A stretch of DNA of 25,046 nt. It comes from a virus. Lineage: Duplodnaviria > Caudoviricetes. This document shows, piece after piece, positions 23,361 through 25,046 of this stretch (position 1 is its first letter; every line of letters begins with the position of its first letter). The position numbers were made by a program, and so were the translations under genes. Under the pieces are notes generated by a model. It worked only from the letters and a program-made list of their open reading frames with translations. It had not been told where the DNA came from and did no database searches. Location of the stretch: positions 1 to 25,046 of the IMG/VR virus record IMGVR_UViG_3300012232_000048, one strand, 5' to 3'.

Positions 23361-23729
23361 ATGTTCTGGCAATTTCTTTTTAAACTGTTCCGATTGGAAT
23401 ACGAGCCGAAAGTTTGCCTCTCATGTGACCATTTACGATTAATGGTTGAGCAAGAGCGCGCTGAGAAATCCCGGATATTACAACAGTTGCTGGAAATTAA
23501 TCGGCCTGTGGCGAGCGCGCCGCTTCAAGAACTTACTCAGCAGCCGATTCAGTCGAAATATAAACCTTGGTCCGTAATTCGTCAGGAACTTGAGAAAAAG
23601 TACAGGATCAAGATGGAAGAAATAATCCGGGCAAAGAATTCAATCGAGAATCTTGAGAAACAAGTAGGCCTAAATCAGCCGAGCGACGAGAGGAGCGAGG
23701 ATGCCGGAAAAGAAGAAGCCGCTCTTTAA
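23361..23729 (+). CDS. Hypothetical coiled-coil protein
   Basis: 122 aa; CLSC followed by a coiled coil. Confidence 0.7.
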   Translation: MFWQFLFKLFRLEYEPKVCLSCDHLRLMVEQERAEKSRILQQLLEINRPVASAPLQELTQQPIQSKYKPWSVIRQELEKKYRIKMEEIIRAKNSIENLEKQVGLNQPSDERSEDAGKEEAAL

Positions 23730-23976
23730 AGTCGGCCCAACCGAGAAGAAATCTACCGAGTTGACTTCCGTTGATGGAAAAAAACTCGGAAAGGATTTAT
23801 CTACTTTTCTCCCGGATACTCAAGGTATTGGTAACAAGCATTACATCGGATATGGTCTAAAAGAATCTCCCGAATCTAGACAACATGCTAGGGATGAAGT
23901 CCGTAAGATTATGCCTGGAAAGTATCGAGAGCCCGGAGATATAGAGCTAAAATCCGAAAAGAAAAAGAGACGCTGA
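23701..23976 (+). CDS. Small basic hypothetical protein
   Basis: 91 aa; SD GAGGAG. Confidence 0.65.
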   Translation: MPEKKKPLFKVGPTEKKSTELTSVDGKKLGKDLSTFLPDTQGIGNKHYIGYGLKESPESRQHARDEVRKIMPGKYREPGDIELKSEKKKRR

Positions 23977-24134
23977 TGCCAATTAAATCTAAGGAACAAT
24001 TCAAGCTAATGCAGGCAGCTAAGAAGGGAAAGAAGGGGAATCTTCATAAGATTGGCCCCTCCCCAGAGGTTGCCAAGAAATTCTTGCTGGAAACTCCTAA
24101 AGGGAAAAAGAGTCAGTTTGCTAAGGCGAATTAA
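23976..24134 (+). CDS. Small basic phage late protein (52 aa)
   Basis: MPIKSKEQFKLMQAAKKG...GPSPEVAKKF...*; TGATG overlap; resembles the MPxKSKxQ...VAKxF small proteins I recall near packaging genes. Confidence 0.7.
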   Translation: MPIKSKEQFKLMQAAKKGKKGNLHKIGPSPEVAKKFLLETPKGKKSQFAKAN

Positions 24135-24136
24135 AG

Positions 24137-25046
24137 GTGCCTGCTCAGAAATCTCCCTTCTTCGTCGGCCCGTCCGCTTCGCGGACAAAAGGAGGACCGC
24201 CTGCTAAAACCGATGAACAGATTCGAGAAGAGCAGAGAAAGAATCTTAGTCCATTCAAAAGAAAGTTAATCGATCTTCTTGACCGTTACGCACTTAATCC
24301 AGCTTCAGAATTTGCCGGGGGATTCCTCAACGTTGGACCCTTCACTCCAAAAGAGGAGGGGGAAAAGTATCTTCAGACTGGAGCGGGTAAGGCTGGAGCA
24401 TTAATTGGAAACGGATTACTAGATGTTGTTGGGCCGGGAGTAGCCGTTGCTTACGGGGGAGGTAAGAATCTTCCGAAACTTCGTCAGGCTTCTAAGAAGA
24501 TGTTAGAAGGTATTAATTTAAGTAAGATGCCTGATTGGTTTCCCGATTGGGCAACTTACATGCTGGAACGGTATCCTAGGACTCTGGCACATAATACTAA
24601 AATTAAGCCAATGAATGCTCGGGATGCAAGGTTTGCAGTAGGAATTAATAATACTTCTCCAATAGATCCAAAACTTTCAGAAATTGGCCTTCGTGGAGAT
24701 GCAACTACTAATACAGGATTTCACGAATTAGGCCACACAGTTCAAGCGATTACAGAGCCTAAACTGGAAGAAGCATATGATAATCTTAATGACGTTGTAG
24801 GCTATCATAGAAATCCTTTTGAAATTGAAGCGGACGCCTTCGCGGCTAAGCAGGATCCAAAGTTTGAAAAATGGAGGGATAAGTATAATCCTCCAGAAGT
24901 AACTTTAAATCCAGAAGCAACCGAGTTTCAGGGAGAAAAGATTTTTTATGATCGTCCTATACATAAAGGAATGTTAAGAGATTTAGTTATGGACCCTAAA
25001 TATCAAACTTTTTTAGACCGTGCCCATCCAGCTTATGATGATTACA
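24137..25046 (+). CDS. Zincin-type metallopeptidase domain protein, truncated at the right edge
   Basis: GTG start with an open frame to the window end; FHELGHTVQ (HELGH at 24722-24736) and YHRNPFEIEADAFA supplying the likely third ligand Glu. Confidence 0.75.
   Translation, partial: MPAQKSPFFVGPSASRTKGGPPAKTDEQIREEQRKNLSPFKRKLIDLLDRYALNPASEFAGGFLNVGPFTPKEEGEKYLQTGAGKAGALIGNGLLDVVGPGVAVAYGGGKNLPKLRQASKKMLEGINLSKMPDWFPDWATYMLERYPRTLAHNTKIKPMNARDARFAVGINNTSPIDPKLSEIGLRGDATTNTGFHELGHTVQAITEPKLEEAYDNLNDVVGYHRNPFEIEADAFAAKQDPKFEKWRDKYNPPEVTLNPEATEFQGEKIFYDRPIHKGMLRDLVMDPKYQTFLDRAHPAYDDY

Overview
This is a tailed dsDNA phage (Caudoviricetes-like) genome segment with two divergent arms. The left arm (1-18902) is on the minus strand. 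It carries a replication/recombination module: a UDG-family/3'-5' exonuclease/family A DNA polymerase fusion that runs off the left edge, a DUF669-like SSB, an AAA_24/Sak4-like ATPase, a PD-(D/E)XK nuclease, a SprT-SNF2 helicase fusion, nucleoside deoxyribosyltransferase-like and SLOG proteins, and an Acb2/Tad1-like nucleotide sponge. About 9 kb of very small early genes precede this module. The right arm (19852-25046) is on the plus strand and carries a putative TerS, a LamG protein, TerL and further late genes. The non-coding DNA holds the most unusual signals: (1) seven sigma54 (-24/-12) type sites in about 370 bp at the strand switch, including two head-to-head pairs; (2) a 160-nt rod-like RNA structure with strand-diagnostic G-U pairs between the sponge gene and the polymerase; (3) a dispersed family of strand-specific GNA-loop DNA hairpins with tandem G.A pairs; (4) an origin-like AT tract between repeated 18-bp sites. 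All protein calls come from motif recognition by eye; no database searches were run.
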